Shown: positions 1-13,004 of the stretch, in pieces
Numbering within the stretch: the first letter of the stretch is position 1
Layout: the number at the start of each line of letters is the position of its first letter
Notes under the pieces: generated by a model
Databases searched by the model: none
Told to the model about the DNA's origin: nothing
The model's input: only the letters and a program-made list of their open reading frames with translations
NCBI RefSeq assembly: GCF_018350175.1
Contig: NC_058383.1
Span: 25,298,001 to 25,362,000, forward strand
From: Felis catus
Taxonomy: Eukaryota
Length of the DNA: 64,000 nucleotides
Direction of reading: 5' to 3'
Position numbers and translations under genes: made by a program

Positions 1-640
1 TCTCTGGTTCTGAACTGCCAAGCAGGAGGCAGCTCAGAACTCAAGAGATGACTGGGGAGCAAACTCTCCCTCCCTTGTTCCTCAAGCACTTTTCTGAAAA
101 GCTTGGTGTGCCAGTTCCTTTGTCAGTCTTTTTTTCGCTCTCCAGGAACTCAGTGGAACTGGTAACCTTGTCAAATGTTCCCCTCTGGTTGCAATTTCTC
201 AGGTGGAAAAGTAGCACTTAGGGCCTTGTCCTCAAAATATTTGTGGCTGTGTTGCTCCTGCTGATGGTAACAGCAATGTGACTGTGATAAAAAAAAAAAA
301 AAAAGGTAATGTCACTTTGTAGCCACAATAGTGCTTTTACTATATTTTACTGGAGCATAATACACGTATCATGCATTCATGTATATGACTTGATGAAATT
401 TAACAAAAGGAACACCCCCCTACAACCAGTACCCAGTTAAAGAAATAGAACAGTACCCACTTCCTAAAAAGCCTCCTTCGTGCCGTCCAGTTACAATACC
501 TTTCAAAGGCAACCACTATCCCAGCTACTAGCACCAAGGAACTTTGTTTTATTTATATACAAATATATATGTGTATATATATACATTTATATTTATATTT
601 ATAAAAGAGGAATCACATATTAACTTTTTAGCTTGACTTC

Positions 641-676
641 TTTTATTTTTTTAAACTTTTTTAAATGTTTATTTTT

Positions 677-732
<56 letters not shown>

Positions 733-851
733 CTGAAGCAGGTTCTGTGCTGACAGCAGAGAGCATGAGGCCAGGCTCAAAGTCACAAACCATGAGATCA
801 GGATGTAAGCCAAAGTCTAATGCTTAATCTACTGAGCAACCCAGGCACCCC
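641..851 (-). mobile_element. Can-SINE (SINEC), full length
   Basis: Poly-T/tttattttt tail, (GA)n, body gaagcaggttctgtgctgacagcagag, head ending ctgagcaacccaggcacccc. Confidence 0.92.
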
Positions 852-852
852 T

Positions 853-996
853 CTTTTTTTTTTGAGAGAGAGAGAGAGAGTGTGTGTGTGTGTGTGTGTG
901 TGTGTGAGCAGGGTGGTAGGGAGAGGGAGGGAGGGAGGGAGGGAGAGAAAGAGGGAGGGAGAGAGAGAGAGAGGGAGGGAGGGAGGGAGGGAGGGG

Positions 997-1050
<54 letters not shown>

Positions 1051-1088
1051 ATCAAGCAGGCTCCATGCTCAATTCAGAGCCCAACATG
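853..1088 (-). mobile_element. Can-SINE 3' half with expanded (GA)n/(GT)n/(GGGA)n
   Basis: ttttttgagagag tail and caagcaggctccatgctcaattcagagcccaac body; no tRNA-like head. Confidence 0.8.
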
Positions 1089-3008
1089 AGTCTGACTGCT
1101 TATGTCTGTTATCTCTGTGAACTTCACCCCTGTTGTGTTTAATTACAGTTTGATGATTCTGACTGCTGACATTATTCTATTAGAAGAATATGACCTAATT
1201 TATTGATTCTTTCTATTGCTGGTGGACATATGGCTTGTTTCAGCTATTGTGAGGCATCCTGCTTTCTTGTACATGCCTGTCAGTGAGCACAGGTACCTAT
1301 TTCTGGTGATGTGTGTATACTCAGTTTTAGTAGATACTGTCAAGAGATTTTCCAAGGTGGCTGTACTTTGACCAGACATGTTTTTAACATTACAAGATGC
1401 TTTAGCCTCCAGTAACCTAGTCACTATTGACACAGCTTCTTTTGGCTCTTTAAATACTCCTTCAGGGCCTCTGCACAATGCTCTGTTTTGCTGTCATAAT
1501 CTCTGCCCAACCAAAGGATGGGCAAGAGCTCATCCTTTGGGTATCAATGCAATGTTGCCTCTTTTCAAGCAGGCCCTGTTCTGTTATACTCACCACTTTA
1601 CATATAGTATCAAGTCCATGCCTGGTAAATGTTTAGCACTAAACAAATGTTAGCTAACGTTGCTGTTGTTGCAATAAATAGTCTTTAAGTTCTGCTTCCC
1701 AAAAATCTGTGATTGTGGGAAGTCAGATTTCCTGACTCTTATCCTGGTGTACTGACCTGTATGTGCCCCTAAAGCTTCTAAATCTTCCATAGGGGAGTAG
1801 TTAGCAGGCCAAGTTTCCCCAGGCTCCTAATAGTGAGCACCTATCTTCCTGAGGATGTACAGTCCCTGTTCTCTACTAAATGGCCAAAAGAGGGCACTGT
1901 GGGAACACGTCTGCAGAAAGAAAGAAGGAGGTGTTCAGAATTAGAAAGAACTAGAAGAGTACTTCATTTTGAAGACCCAAACCTTCATTTTATAGATGCT
2001 TAGAAGACGTGACTTGCCCAAGGTCACACAGCTACTGGATGGTGGGCAGAGATGACTCTTAGCCCCTTGGCATTCTCCACTCTGCAGGGGAGTCACCAAG
2101 AACTGAATGAGACAACTGCCCGTGGGAGCTGTAGCCTTGAGCCTACCAAGGACCATTTGCCAAGCCTCTCATTTCCCCAAACTGTCTTCTTCCCTCCTAC
2201 TCCATGAGAGAAAAGATCTAGATTTTGGAGGTGAGACAAAGCATGCTGCCCCTCTGATTCCACAATGATCTCTGAGGAAATATTTTACTTTTCTTAATAA
2301 TAGCTACCAATTATTGGGCAGTTCCTAGATTCCAAATACGCTGAGTACATTGCATAAATTACCAGATTTAATCCTCAAGCCAGGATGGTGTGAAGGTTCG
2401 ATGTTTCTGTCTCTTCTGAGAGTCCTTTCCTGATCACTCTCCATTGAGAGAGACTTTTCTCCACCTATTTCTACTTCATTGTATCACCCAGTTTGTTTCC
2501 TTCGCAGCTTTTACAATTATGTTTGTAACAATTCTGCCTATTTAATTGTCTACTTACTTACTGTCTGCTTCAACTCCTCTACTCCTCCCAGCAGACTCTG
2601 TGAAAGACTCTGTGAAAGAAGGATTCTGGAGCCAGACAGGTCCGGGTTCAAGTCCCAGCTGGTTCATTTACTTGCATTAGTCAAACTCTGTGAGGTTGTT
2701 TCTCCCTTTGTGAAATAGGGATTCATGCATGTATTTTACAAGTACATAGAGGACTGTACCAGTCATCTGTTGATTAGATTTCCTCTCCAACTTTGCCAAC
2801 ATGTGGTCATCCACCCTATATTTGATTACCCTCAGTGATGAGGAACTCACTACTAAGCAGCCCAGAGAAGGCAACATGTTGGAGCATTCCAAGCTTGGTC
2901 AGTCATGAGTTACACATCTTTAGGAAAACCCAAACTTCTCGGAGCCTCAATTTCTTATTCTGTAAAGTAGGGATGGTGATGATAATACTTATCCCACAGT
3001 GATCCTAT

Positions 3009-3448
3009 TGTTAACCTTAAAAGTAAGTTATTTTACCAGCAAAAATGGGTTTATTTGGGAATAGCAGAAAATTGTAATTTGGGACATGCAAGTTACACAA
3101 AACCACAGACAAGACTAACAAACAAAGGAGAGGAAACTTTATTTTATGGAGAAGAAGGAGGAGGCTGGGAGGGATTGTTTTGAAGGGAAGTCCCTTGGAG
3201 AAAAGCAGGACAGGAGTTCAGGGTGATGATGGTTTCTCACTGGCTGAGTCATAGGGGTGGTCAATTTCTGGTAGGAGATGGACTTCTTTCCCTGTTGGGG
3301 TTTGCAATTAATGATTCTTTCCTATTGAGAATTGTTCTATTGGAGTCTATAATTGACAATTCTTCCTATAATTGACATTGAGTGGTATGGCTCCCTCTTC
3401 TAGCCTCTGACTCTACTTAAATGAGGTTTCCCTGTATTAGTTTTCACA
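3009..3448 (-). mobile_element. Solo LTR (probably ERV1 class, family not recognised) inserted into a MIR
   Basis: Starts TG (3009), ends CA (3448). Flanks ctat/cttt form a 4-bp TSD with 1 mismatch. Antisense AATAAA (tttatt) near 3049. MIR core is continuous across the insert (2930-3008 and 3449-3500). Confidence 0.7.
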
Positions 3449-4149
3449 CTTTGAAGATGAGATGAAATTGTATATGACTTAAGGGGCTTGCATATGGGAG
3501 GTACTTTCCTCACCTTGTTCCTCAGAAAGGGAAAATGACTCTAAAAAGCACATTTTTTTTTCAGATTTAAGGATACCTAAAGTACTAACGTGTTTTATAA
3601 TTAAATGGCATGTCATAGTTTAGAGGCAGCTTGGTGATATATAAAAAATGGTGTGTTTTATAACCAAAGCCATCTTAGAATCAGTGAGATGTGATAGTAG
3701 ATGCCAGGGACAATATTCAAATTCAGGTTTGCCTAATTCCCAAAGGCCATTTTATACAACTCATTTCTGGGAAGAAGAGTCAGGTCATGGGGGAAGCCAC
3801 TGAGAAGCAAACAGACAGTGGAAGATAGGGAGTATGTTCAAACTAAGACTTGTCTAAACACAGCTGCCTTCACTGCTCAGCTGGTAACTGAATTTGGAAA
3901 AGTTTCACCATACAGGTCTGTCTGCAGAAGACTCTCCTAACCACTGATGAATGGACTCCTCCACAACTCCAGCCCCAGCCAAGCCAAGCAAAACCTTAAA
4001 AACAGCTAGGGGTCATATTAATATGCTGTGCTTATGTGCCTGGGGCAAGGAGGAGAATCTGTAACTGAATTAAACAAAGATGTTCATCACCTGCTACTGT
4101 CAACAGATAAGTCTGGAGGTGGTACATGTGGCTGTTTCAAAGGACACAG

Positions 4150-4380
4150 CATTAACTGAGTTTCTACAGAGTTCAAGGCATTGGGCTAGGAATTCTGAGA
4201 AAGGCAAACAAGTTTAGCTCCTCACCTCAACTCCATGAGGAAGGTATTAATATTAATCAAGCTCATTTACAGACAAGGAAAATATAGACAAGTTTAAGAA
4301 ATGCATCCAAGATCACATAGCTGGAACATGTCATAGAGCAGGGATTGGAACCCAGGGTTACTTAGAGGCTGGAACTTCAA
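4150..4380 (-). mobile_element. MIR
   Basis: catttacagacaaggaaa...ccaagatcacatagctgg...gggattggaacccagg matches the antisense MIR core. Confidence 0.7.
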
Positions 4381-5399
4381 AAATTGGTTGAAATTATTAA
4401 TTATAAACCTGAAATGGGCTATCATCCCTCCTCTTGGCTCACAGTGATCCCCAAATTCTGACAATATTCTCTCTGCAACATATACCTTGCATTAAAAAAA
4501 AAAAACTTGGCAAAGGGATGTGAAGTCCAATATATAAGCATTCATCCACTTCACACTTTTCCAAGAATGGGCCTCTTTATTGGGTAGACTTTGTAGCAGA
4601 ATGTACCAGCTGGACCTGCTTGGTCTAAGTTCTTAACAACTTAGTGTCCCAGTTACCAAATCTAAAGGAGGATGACAACCCTTCATCTGTCAGAAGAGCT
4701 TGATAGGATGCTCTGAGGTCCAGGACCAATGGTCAAAGGAGAACACACTGGGGATGCCTCAGCTATGGAGCCATGACTTTGAGCACATGGTTTTCCAGAC
4801 CCAAATGGAATAAAAGAAGAGGAAAATGGAAGATTTGAGCCGAGGAGGTCAGGTTCCAGTAAGCACACTCAACCATTGCTGTATGCCTGTCTGATCCCCA
4901 TGGCTTCTATTCCCTCAAGTTTGTCTGCTCCACTAACTATGGCCCAGGTGAACTTGGGCTTCAACTACTTTATTCCAGGATTTCTCAAGCTCATCATTAT
5001 TTATGACTTTAATGTTAAACCAACTGGGCTCAGAGAAGTTAAATTACCTGCACACAGCTGAGTGGTTTGAAATAAGTCTGACTCCCAAACCTAAGCTTGT
5101 TGCACTACAGTATACTTTCTACCTACTGGAACATGGGGCAGGCAGAAGGACAGTCTTGGGAATAAGTAACAAGGTACTAGGAATAGGAAGTAAGGTCATT
5201 AGGGCAACCATTCCAAGGAGCTTTGGTTTAATGGAAGAAAGGTACAGGTTTCTGGCTGACCCAATACAACACCTGACATCAGCACATTCCATGGTTACCC
5301 CTGGGATGCAATTCCCAGGTCCCAATCCCCTGGAAGCCTGGAGCACATGGTCTCACCCTGAAAGTCTGTCTACAGAGCTGAACAAAAGAAGTAAGGGCA

Positions 5400-5640
5400 G
5401 ATTTTATTAACAAATACACATACAGTGTCTATCATGTTGTAAGCACTGATCTAAGCACTGTAGCAATATTGTCTTTGAACCCTCACAAGGAAGGTACAAT
5501 TCTTTTCTCCTGCAAGATGGGAAACTGAGTCACAAAGACATTAAATAACTTGCCAGGTTACACAGCTAGCAGGAAGTAGAGATAGAATTTGGATTCAGGC
5601 AGTTGGGTTGCAAAGCCTGCATCCTTGACCATGATACTGT
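5400..5640 (-). mobile_element. MIR
   Basis: agatgggaaactgagtcacaaagacattaaataacttgccaggttacacagctagcaggaagtagagatagaatttggattcaggcag. Confidence 0.75.
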
Positions 5641-6139
5641 ACTACCTATCTGAACCCATCTGGTTTTGACCCCGTGGTTTCTCTGTTCCCAGAACCCTGG
5701 CATCCTAGTTTGAAGGGTTTGTTTGATGCCTAAAGCAGAGATAGCCAGCCTTGCTCTCACTGACAGCCACTGGAGTCCAGCCAATAAATTACCAATGGGC
5801 CATCGAAAAGGAGGCTTCAAACTCATGCAGAAAGACCCTGTAGGATAAATTCATGGGAAAGCTCAATCTGTTCTGGATGTGTCCACTTCCTAGCTTCCCT
5901 GGGATTTTTGTCTATTCTCAAGTCAAATTCCAAGGCTGTCAACTTCCCCTTGTCTTGCTGTTTCCCTCAAACGTGTTTATTTTACTATGGCCCAGAAAAG
6001 TCCTCACCCTTGGCAACGGGGGTTGTGAATCACATTGTGGCTTTTCACCTCCCACTGGCACTAGGCAAACAGATCACCACTGGTAAGAGTCTCTTTCCAC
6101 ACCTCTTGAAACTCACTGCTATTATGGCTTGTGCTGAGC

Positions 6140-6278
6140 TGTAAGATTTGTTTATGTGTCTCTCTCTATCCTTTTAACTTGTGAACTCCTGGAGGGAATA
6201 AGCCGTCTTATTCACCCAACACATCTAGTGTAGAACCTGGCACTTAGAGAGACACTTTATAAATGTTTCTTGAACAGG
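6140..6278 (+). mobile_element. L2 3' end
   Basis: tgtgaactcctggagggaata...cctggcacttagagagacactttataaatgtttcttgaa. Confidence 0.7.
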
Positions 6279-6283
6279 TAGGT

Positions 6284-6556
6284 GAGTGGATGGATGGATG
6301 GATGGATGGATGGATGGATGGGTGCATGGATGGATGGATAAGTAGATGAATGGATGGACAGATGGGTGGATGGATGGATGGACAGACGGGAAGACAGACA
6401 GACGGATGGATGGATGGATGGATGGACAGATAATGGATGGATGGATAGATGGATGGATGGATAATGGATGGATGGATAGATGCATGGATGGACGGATGGA
6501 TGGATTGATGGCTAAGTGGACTGATGCATGGATGGATGGGTGGGTGGTTGGGTGAA
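6284..6556. repeat. Degenerate (TGGA)n tetranucleotide microsatellite
   Basis: Directly visible GGAT/GGAC/AGAT units over about 270 bp. Confidence 0.95.
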
Positions 6557-6599
6557 TGTACCAGATAACTCTTAGTGAGATCACTTTTCTTCCCCATCC

Positions 6600-7325
6600 A
6601 AGCCCTGTTCAACTCCTGTTGACAGATGCAATAGACTCCCAAAGGGCTCTTCACCTCCACTCTGTCCCCCTCCAAATCTTTTATTCATAAAGCATCCAGA
6701 GGTTCTATAAAGATGCAGATTTGATTATGTCAGCCTTGCTCCATCTCTGCCTAAAAATACATTAATGACATCCCCCTGTCCTTAGAATAAAATCCAAAAT
6801 CCTTCCCAGAGCCTATGTGGTACTACAAGCTGTGATATCTACTGACCACTCCATTCTCATTCCATGTCAGCCTCCTACATACTGATAACAGTTGGATACC
6901 CTGGCCATCTTTCATTTCCTAGAATGAGCCCAGCTCTTTCCTGCCTCAGGGCCTGTGTCTGAACTTGCTGTTCTCTGTGTCTGGAATGCACTTCCTCTGA
7001 CTTTTTGCATAACTGATTCCTTCTCCCTCTGGTCTCAGCTTCAAAATAAATTCTTGGGGAGATTTTCTCTGCCTCCTCCATCTCAACTATACCCCACATC
7101 TTCTTTATAGCATGCATGTAGTAATCCACTTTCATTATAGCACTTTACTGAACATTTGAACACAACATATTGGACACAAAGCATTATTAGTTAATGTCTG
7201 TCTTCTAGACAAACTGTAAGCTCTAAGAGGGCAAGAAGAGCATCTGTCTTATTCCCAGCTGAATCCTTAGTACTCAGCAGACAGCAGGTACTCAAAATAC
7301 TTGTAATACATGTTTAGATGAATGG
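6600..7325 (+). mobile_element. L2 (L2a-like) 3' fragment
   Basis: cttagaataaaatccaaaatcctt, ttcctgcctcagggcct, tgctgttctctgtgtctggaatgc, ctgtaagctctaagagggcaag. Confidence 0.8.
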
Positions 7326-7805
7326 AGGGACAGGCACAAGCTAGAGTCTGACATTTCCTAAGAATGAGGACACCTGGAGTACTGCATGAGGGGAATGACC
7401 AGGCCTCTTTCTCTTTCCCTGAACATTACTGATAAATAAGTTTAGGTACAGCGTCATGATATCTGACTACCTTGGAATCTCTTTGATCAGTAAATCCAAC
7501 TTCATTTTATATTTGCAGAGATGGAGCCCAAGAGTGGAAGTCATTTGCCCAAGATAACCATCATAGGGGCTGCTAGTTACCTGCACAATAGACATTTTCT
7601 TCTTCTTCACTAAGAACAGAACCCAGGTTTTCTTGATAATGATGATTAGCGCAACTTCTATCATTTTTTTAAGTTTGTTTGTTTGTTTGTTTATCTGCTG
7701 AGTACTAAGGATTCAGCTGGGAATAAGACAGATGCTCTTCTTGCCCTCTTGGAGCTTACAGTTTGTCTAGAAGACAGACATTAACTTATAATGCTTTGTG
7801 TCCAA

Positions 7806-8021
7806 TATTTATTTATTTACTTACTTATTTGAGAGACATAGAGTGAGCAGGGGAGGCGCAGAGAGAGAGAGAGAGAGAGAGAAAGAGAAAGAATATCGCA
7901 AACAGGTCCTGTGCTGTCAATGAGGAGCCCAGTGCAGGGCTCGAACTCAGGAACCATGAGATCATGACCTGGGCTGAAATCAAGAGTCAGATGTTTGACC
8001 CACTGAGCCACCCACACAGCC
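7806..8021 (-). mobile_element. Can-SINE
   Basis: tttatttattt tail, (GA)n, gggctcgaactcaggaaccatgagatcatgacctgggctgaaatcaagagtcag. Confidence 0.92.
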
Positions 8022-8469
8022 CAGAATCTGCATTTTAATAAGGTCCATTCTGTGGTGGTTCATATAGATGTTCAGACTTGAATGTCCATCTTAGTGAAGA
8101 CTGGGGCTAGGGACAGGACAAGGCAGCCTATGTCCTGATCCCTAAAGCACATTCAGGACATATTTGTAAGAAAATGGCATCCATGCCTGGTGCCACAGGA
8201 GATGGGGACACAAAGCTGACAACCAACGTAGCTGCCCAAATGGAACTGATTAGCCCCCACCCACCATCCTTTCCATCTTGCTGTCTCCAATTTCCCCTTT
8301 TACACCCTTCTCTCCATCCACAGCATAGTGGTTAAGAGACTACTGGCGTCAGATCTGCCTTGATTCAACTTTTACAACTTTTTTGAAAATTTATTTACTC
8401 TCTCCTGAGCCTTGTACCAACTTCATAGCGTTGTCATGGAAATTAAATGAGTTAATACTTCTAAAACAC

Positions 8470-8660
8470 AGAGACCAGAGCTTTGCAATCCTGGATTCAT
8501 ATTTGCATCGCCAAAGGAGCTGATGGCTGAGCCACCCCAGACCAATTAAATAAGAATCTCTAGGGATAGGGCTCAGCATTCATATTAAAACAGATCAAAC
8601 ACAAACCTCTGCAGGTTGTTTTTTTTTTAAATGTGCAGCCAGGAGGGAGAACCACTGACC
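8470..8660. mobile_element. MER5-type hAT-Charlie fossil nested in a MIR (MIR about 8322-8710, +)
   Basis: ccaccccagaccaattaaataagaatctctaggg...tgcagccaggagggagaaccactg; MIR sequence resumes on both sides. Confidence 0.7.
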
Positions 8661-10761
8661 TAAAGTGATGCCTGGCACAGAGTAAATACTCCATAAACGC
8701 TGCTATTGCTAGTCACACTGTGTGTCCTTCCTCACACACACACTAGACTGCCTCATGCCTTTGCTCCGGATGAATCTCAGGCCTTAGATAACCTGCTCTT
8801 CCTGGACTGCCTGGCAAACAGGTTCCTCCAAGATTCTGCAAGTCTCCCATCCTCATGTAGCCTTTCCTGATTCCTCCAAAGAGTACTGACCACTTCCTTC
8901 TCCTGGTTCTAGTGTAACTGAGCTGCTAATAAAAATACTGACTTTGTCCTCTTATGGAGGATTTAGTCTATCCTGGGCCTTGTGCTGGGTCATGTGTACA
9001 TTTCCTTTTTTGCTCTAAGGCAGGTTCCATTCAAAGCCCCATCGTATAGATGAGGAGACAAGGATCCAGAAAGGTGCAATGACATGCCTAAGATCATTCA
9101 GCTGGTACCCTGGGCAGGTGATATTTGTACTCAAACTTAGTGGCTCCAGAGCCTGGGTTCAAACCCCTATACCACTTCACTGGTATTTGCACAACTGTCT
9201 CCTGCTATAGACTCTTAAGTCTTTCAAGGACAAAGACTGTGTGTAATTTATCATTGTACTTCTAACACCTGGGACATGTTAGGTGCATAACAAATGATGT
9301 AATTAATGGACTTCCAGGGTAGGGTGTGATAGATATCAACCACCTACTGTGTGCCAGGCAATCTGCTTGCCACATTCCTAATACTAGGTGCAAGAAAGCA
9401 TAGAATTTGAACCAAGAGCCCTGGTTTCAGTCTCACTGGGATCAAAGACTGCCCACACAACTCCCAGGCTAGTAACCATTGGTGAGTTACATGATCTTTC
9501 TAAGCTGTAACTTTTCATTTGTAAGTAGGGACAGCAAATATGGCTATTTCAGATGACTGAGTGACACATACAAGGCACCTAGCATAGCGCCTGGTACATA
9601 GCCAGGGCTCAGCAAATGTGAGCTGCTACTGGCATCTCATTGTACCCCACAAACACCTGTTGAGGTAGCTACTGTTATCATACTGTTATTTTCTTTTTTA
9701 GCTGAGGAAACTGAATCTCTTGCCAGAAGATGCAAAGCTAGTAAGTGGCAGAGCAGGGACAAGAACCCAAGATGGTCTGACAGTAAGTCTGTACTCCTTT
9801 CTATCCAGATTCTCTCAGGCAGACAAAGTGGTTTAGTAATCATGCCTGCTCCCCTGGAGAAGGTTGCTGGCTGGGAGCAGTGGGAAGAGCAGCTTGCTGG
9901 AAGGAAGAGGCTGCCTCAAGCATCCAGGCTCAGAGGGAGACACCATCCTCTCTCACTCCCTGCATCTCTATGTGTGCCCAGGAGATAGGTGGTCCTAAGA
10001 ACTGCAGGGGTGATAGCTAGTGGGCAGAGTGCAGGGAGAGGAGAGATGAGAATGACAAGAGGGGAGGAGGAAGGGTGGGGGAGTGTGAAGGTAGGGAGAG
10101 GGCTGGTGGTAGCCCAGGATGACTGTCCAGAGCAGATGGAAAGGTGACTAGGGTAGCTGAGGGCAGGGAGCTAGGAGACTGAGGAGAGGGAAAAGTGGCC
10201 TGTCTCCTCATGGTGGTGAGCTGATCTCCCCCTAAGTGGAAAAGCTGTTGCCATGACAACGCCCAGAGCCAGATCAATGCTTGGCATTGGATGGAGCTCT
10301 CCGTCACTGCCATCTCCCTCTCCCTCTCTCTCCCCTGAAGTGGGGAACACGTGAGGGAGCGTGGGTGGGGGGGAGGGTAGGGGATCATCTCTCGCTCCCC
10401 AGAGCCTCCTGGAGTCATGACAGGGATTCCCAGAGCCCCCAGTCTAGTACAGGAGAGTGGGCTTAGTGGGAGACAGGAGGAGATACTCTGCCTACCTCCT
10501 AGCTCCTTTGAATATGGGGCAAGGAGGGAGGACAAGGTTCCCCGGAGAACTGGAGTAACCTCCTGGCCTCTATCACTGGGGCTCAAGGGTACAGAAACCA
10601 AGTGTCACCTTCTAACCTCAGTCATGCACAGAGACCTGCAGAGAGGATCACAAGGCATGAGTTCAAATTTCTTACTAGGCTTCCCCTTCAACATGTGGAA
10701 AATGCTGCCAGGGAATAGATTTTCTCTGAGGTTCCTTTCAGCTCTAAAAGCAGTGACTTTT

Positions 10762-10970
10762 GGGGGCGCCTGGGTGGCTCAGTCGTTTGAGCGTCCGACT
10801 TCAGCTCAGGTCATGATCTCATGGTCTGTGAGTTCGAGCCCCGTGTTGGGCTCTGTGCTGACAGCTAAGAGCCTGGAGCCTGATTCTGATTCTGTGTCTC
10901 CCTCTCTCTCCCCTCCCCCACTTATGCTCTGCTCTGTCTCTCAAAATATGAATAAACGTTAAAGAAAAAA
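10762..10970 (+). mobile_element. Can-SINE (SINEC_Fc-like) with perfect 17-bp TSD
   Basis: Head gggggcgcctgggtggctcagtcg, B-box-like gagttcgagccc, (CT)n, A tail. TSD taaaagcagtgactttt at 10745-10761 and 10971-10987. Confidence 0.96.
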
Positions 10971-12787
10971 TAAAAGCAGTGACTTTTTTTTTTTTCCTGT
11001 TAGTTTTATGAGGCAGAGTCACCTTTCTGGTGTGACTGGAGAACCCCCATGGAATGCCTTCCTGCCTCAATGTAAGTCTCCTCACTGGCCAGTTAAGAAG
11101 ATCTGACAGGCCACTAGAGGGTCCACTTATTTTGAGCTTCTTATACAAAAGCAAATACCACAAGGCAGGATAATGTATTAGCATATTACCAGGAGACAGG
11201 CTAGAGGCTCTGGAGCTCTCAGACCTTGAGTGGAATGCTAAACCCACCAATGACTGACTCGTTGATGCGAGTCCAAGTTCAAGGGGATCCATCAAGGATG
11301 AGCAGTGTGTCACTGATTTCGGTTCAAGGAGGAAGAAAGGGAGGACAGAGAGAAGGGAAGGGAGAAGGAAGAAGAGAAAGAGAAGTAAAATAAAGGTGAA
11401 CAAGAAATTCTAGCTGCAAAACAATAAACTCCTTTCCCAAAGTCTAAAGGCCACAGGGTTTCACCAGAAGCCCCACCTGGATGGTGCAGAGAACCCCCAC
11501 CCAGTCACCTCCACTTTCCCTCAAAGTCTGGCCTCAGGGTAGTGCATGAGTAACGGTGGAGGAAGCATTACAGAGCAAAGCAAGAAGTTGACAGACTGGG
11601 GCTTTCCAGGAGGGCAGGAGAGGGGAGGACGGCACCAGCCACACAGGTGGCCCTTGAAGCCAGGAGATTTCAAGAAACTCCAAGCCTCTAAAAGCCTGGC
11701 AGTGGCTCCCCAGCATCCAGACTGGAGCTGTTAGTGTCCAGGAGCTGGCCCTGAAGGATAGAGACAGAGGCTGGGGAAAAGGCTGGCACTGAGGCAAAGG
11801 CATCAAGTTCTGCTCACTAACAGCAGCTGGAGATGCCAGCCTCCTGCTGTCTGCTTTGGTTTGGGAAATGAATACATTTTTTCAAAAGAGTGAGTTGTGC
11901 TCTTACTTTGAAAGTGAGCAAATTTGCTGGCACATAGTAGTCATTTTGCCTGTTAGGAGCATGGTCTGTGCAGTCAGGCGATCCTGGATTCTGCTCCTGA
12001 TCTGGTCCCTTGTTAGCAGTACAACCCCCAAGTATCAGTGTCTCCCTCTGAAAATGGGGATAGGGGATGTCTATCCTGGAGTTCAGCTGTAGGGATTAAA
12101 TGAGATGATGTGTGAATGTTAGTTTAAAACAGCTGTCTTCTAACTCTGGCCGTGCAAAGTGACAGAGGGGAATTTCTTCTAGAATCTCTGGGTCCAGGGT
12201 GGGTGGGGGGTGCTGGAATGGTCTCTGAGGGGCCGTAGGAGGACACATCACTGGAGCTGTGAGGAAGCCAGTGTGTGAGATGATGGAGACGGACATGGGG
12301 CCATGTAAGAGCAGAGCACTGCCTTTCTGTGGGGTGAGATTTTACAGAGAGCCCCATTTTACAGAGAGGCTAAGGCTTACAGAAGGGTTGATATTTACCC
12401 AAGTTCACCTGGTCACCAAGTCCCACCAAGTGATGGAACCAAAGTACAAGTTCAGGTGTTTCTGCTTTCAGAGCCTAGGCCTTTCCCATAATCTCCTCAG
12501 AGAGGGCAGCACATAAACGCAGTTGGTACTGGCACCCACTCAGGCAAGGGACTTCACCTCTCTGAGCCTCAGTTCCCTATCTGTAAAGTAAGGGTTAGAT
12601 ATGCTAATGTATATGAAAGAGTCTAGCAATTTCAGGTACACAACAGTGTAGGGAGAAGATGCTGTTCTAAGAGCCAGGAGTCCTGGGCTGTAGTCTTGCC
12701 TCCGTATCATTGTGCTGTGTGACCTTGAACAAATCACAATCTCTCTGGGCTTTACAAAGAGCATTACAATTTCCAAGGGAACTTTAA

Positions 12788-12799
12788 TGTTTATTTATT

Positions 12800-12837
<38 letters not shown>

Positions 12838-13003
12838 CGAGTAGGGGAGGGACAAAGAGAGAGGGAGATGCAGAATCTGAAGCAGGCTCCAGGCTCTGAG
12901 CTGTCAGCTCAGAGCCTGATACAGGGCTCGAACTCACAAACCGTGAGATCATGACCTGAGATGAAGTCAGCCACTTAACCGACTGAACCACCCAGGAGCT
13001 CCC
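12788..13003 (-). mobile_element. Can-SINE with perfect 15-bp TSD
   Basis: TSD ccaagggaactttaa at 12773-12787 and 13004-13018; full head and tail. Confidence 0.95.
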
Positions 13004-13004
13004 C

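Larger units (their letters stand above)
340..1440 (-). mobile_element. Old L1 (L1M-type) 3' region, antisense, split by two Can-SINEs at 641-1088
   Basis: Antisense L1 3'UTR/ORF2-end phrases on both sides of the SINEs (acccagttaaagaaatagaac, ggcaaccactatcc, ggtggacatatggcttgtttcag, ttttccaaggtggctgtac). Boundaries approximate. Confidence 0.65.

Noticed and set aside
633..1142. ORFs rich in ER/SL/CV dipeptides (likewise 6225-6675, 37710-38325, 51086-51455, 55481-55921)
   Set aside because: Translations of microsatellites and purine-rich low-complexity DNA
10762..10850. tRNA-like A/B boxes at SINE heads
   Set aside because: These are the tRNA-derived heads of Can-SINEs, not tRNA genes
10017..11403. 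Longest ORFs in the track (194, 181 and 194 aa)
   Set aside because: Overlapping on opposite strands, low complexity, partly SINE-derived (GAWVAQS...), no recognisable domain or splice structure
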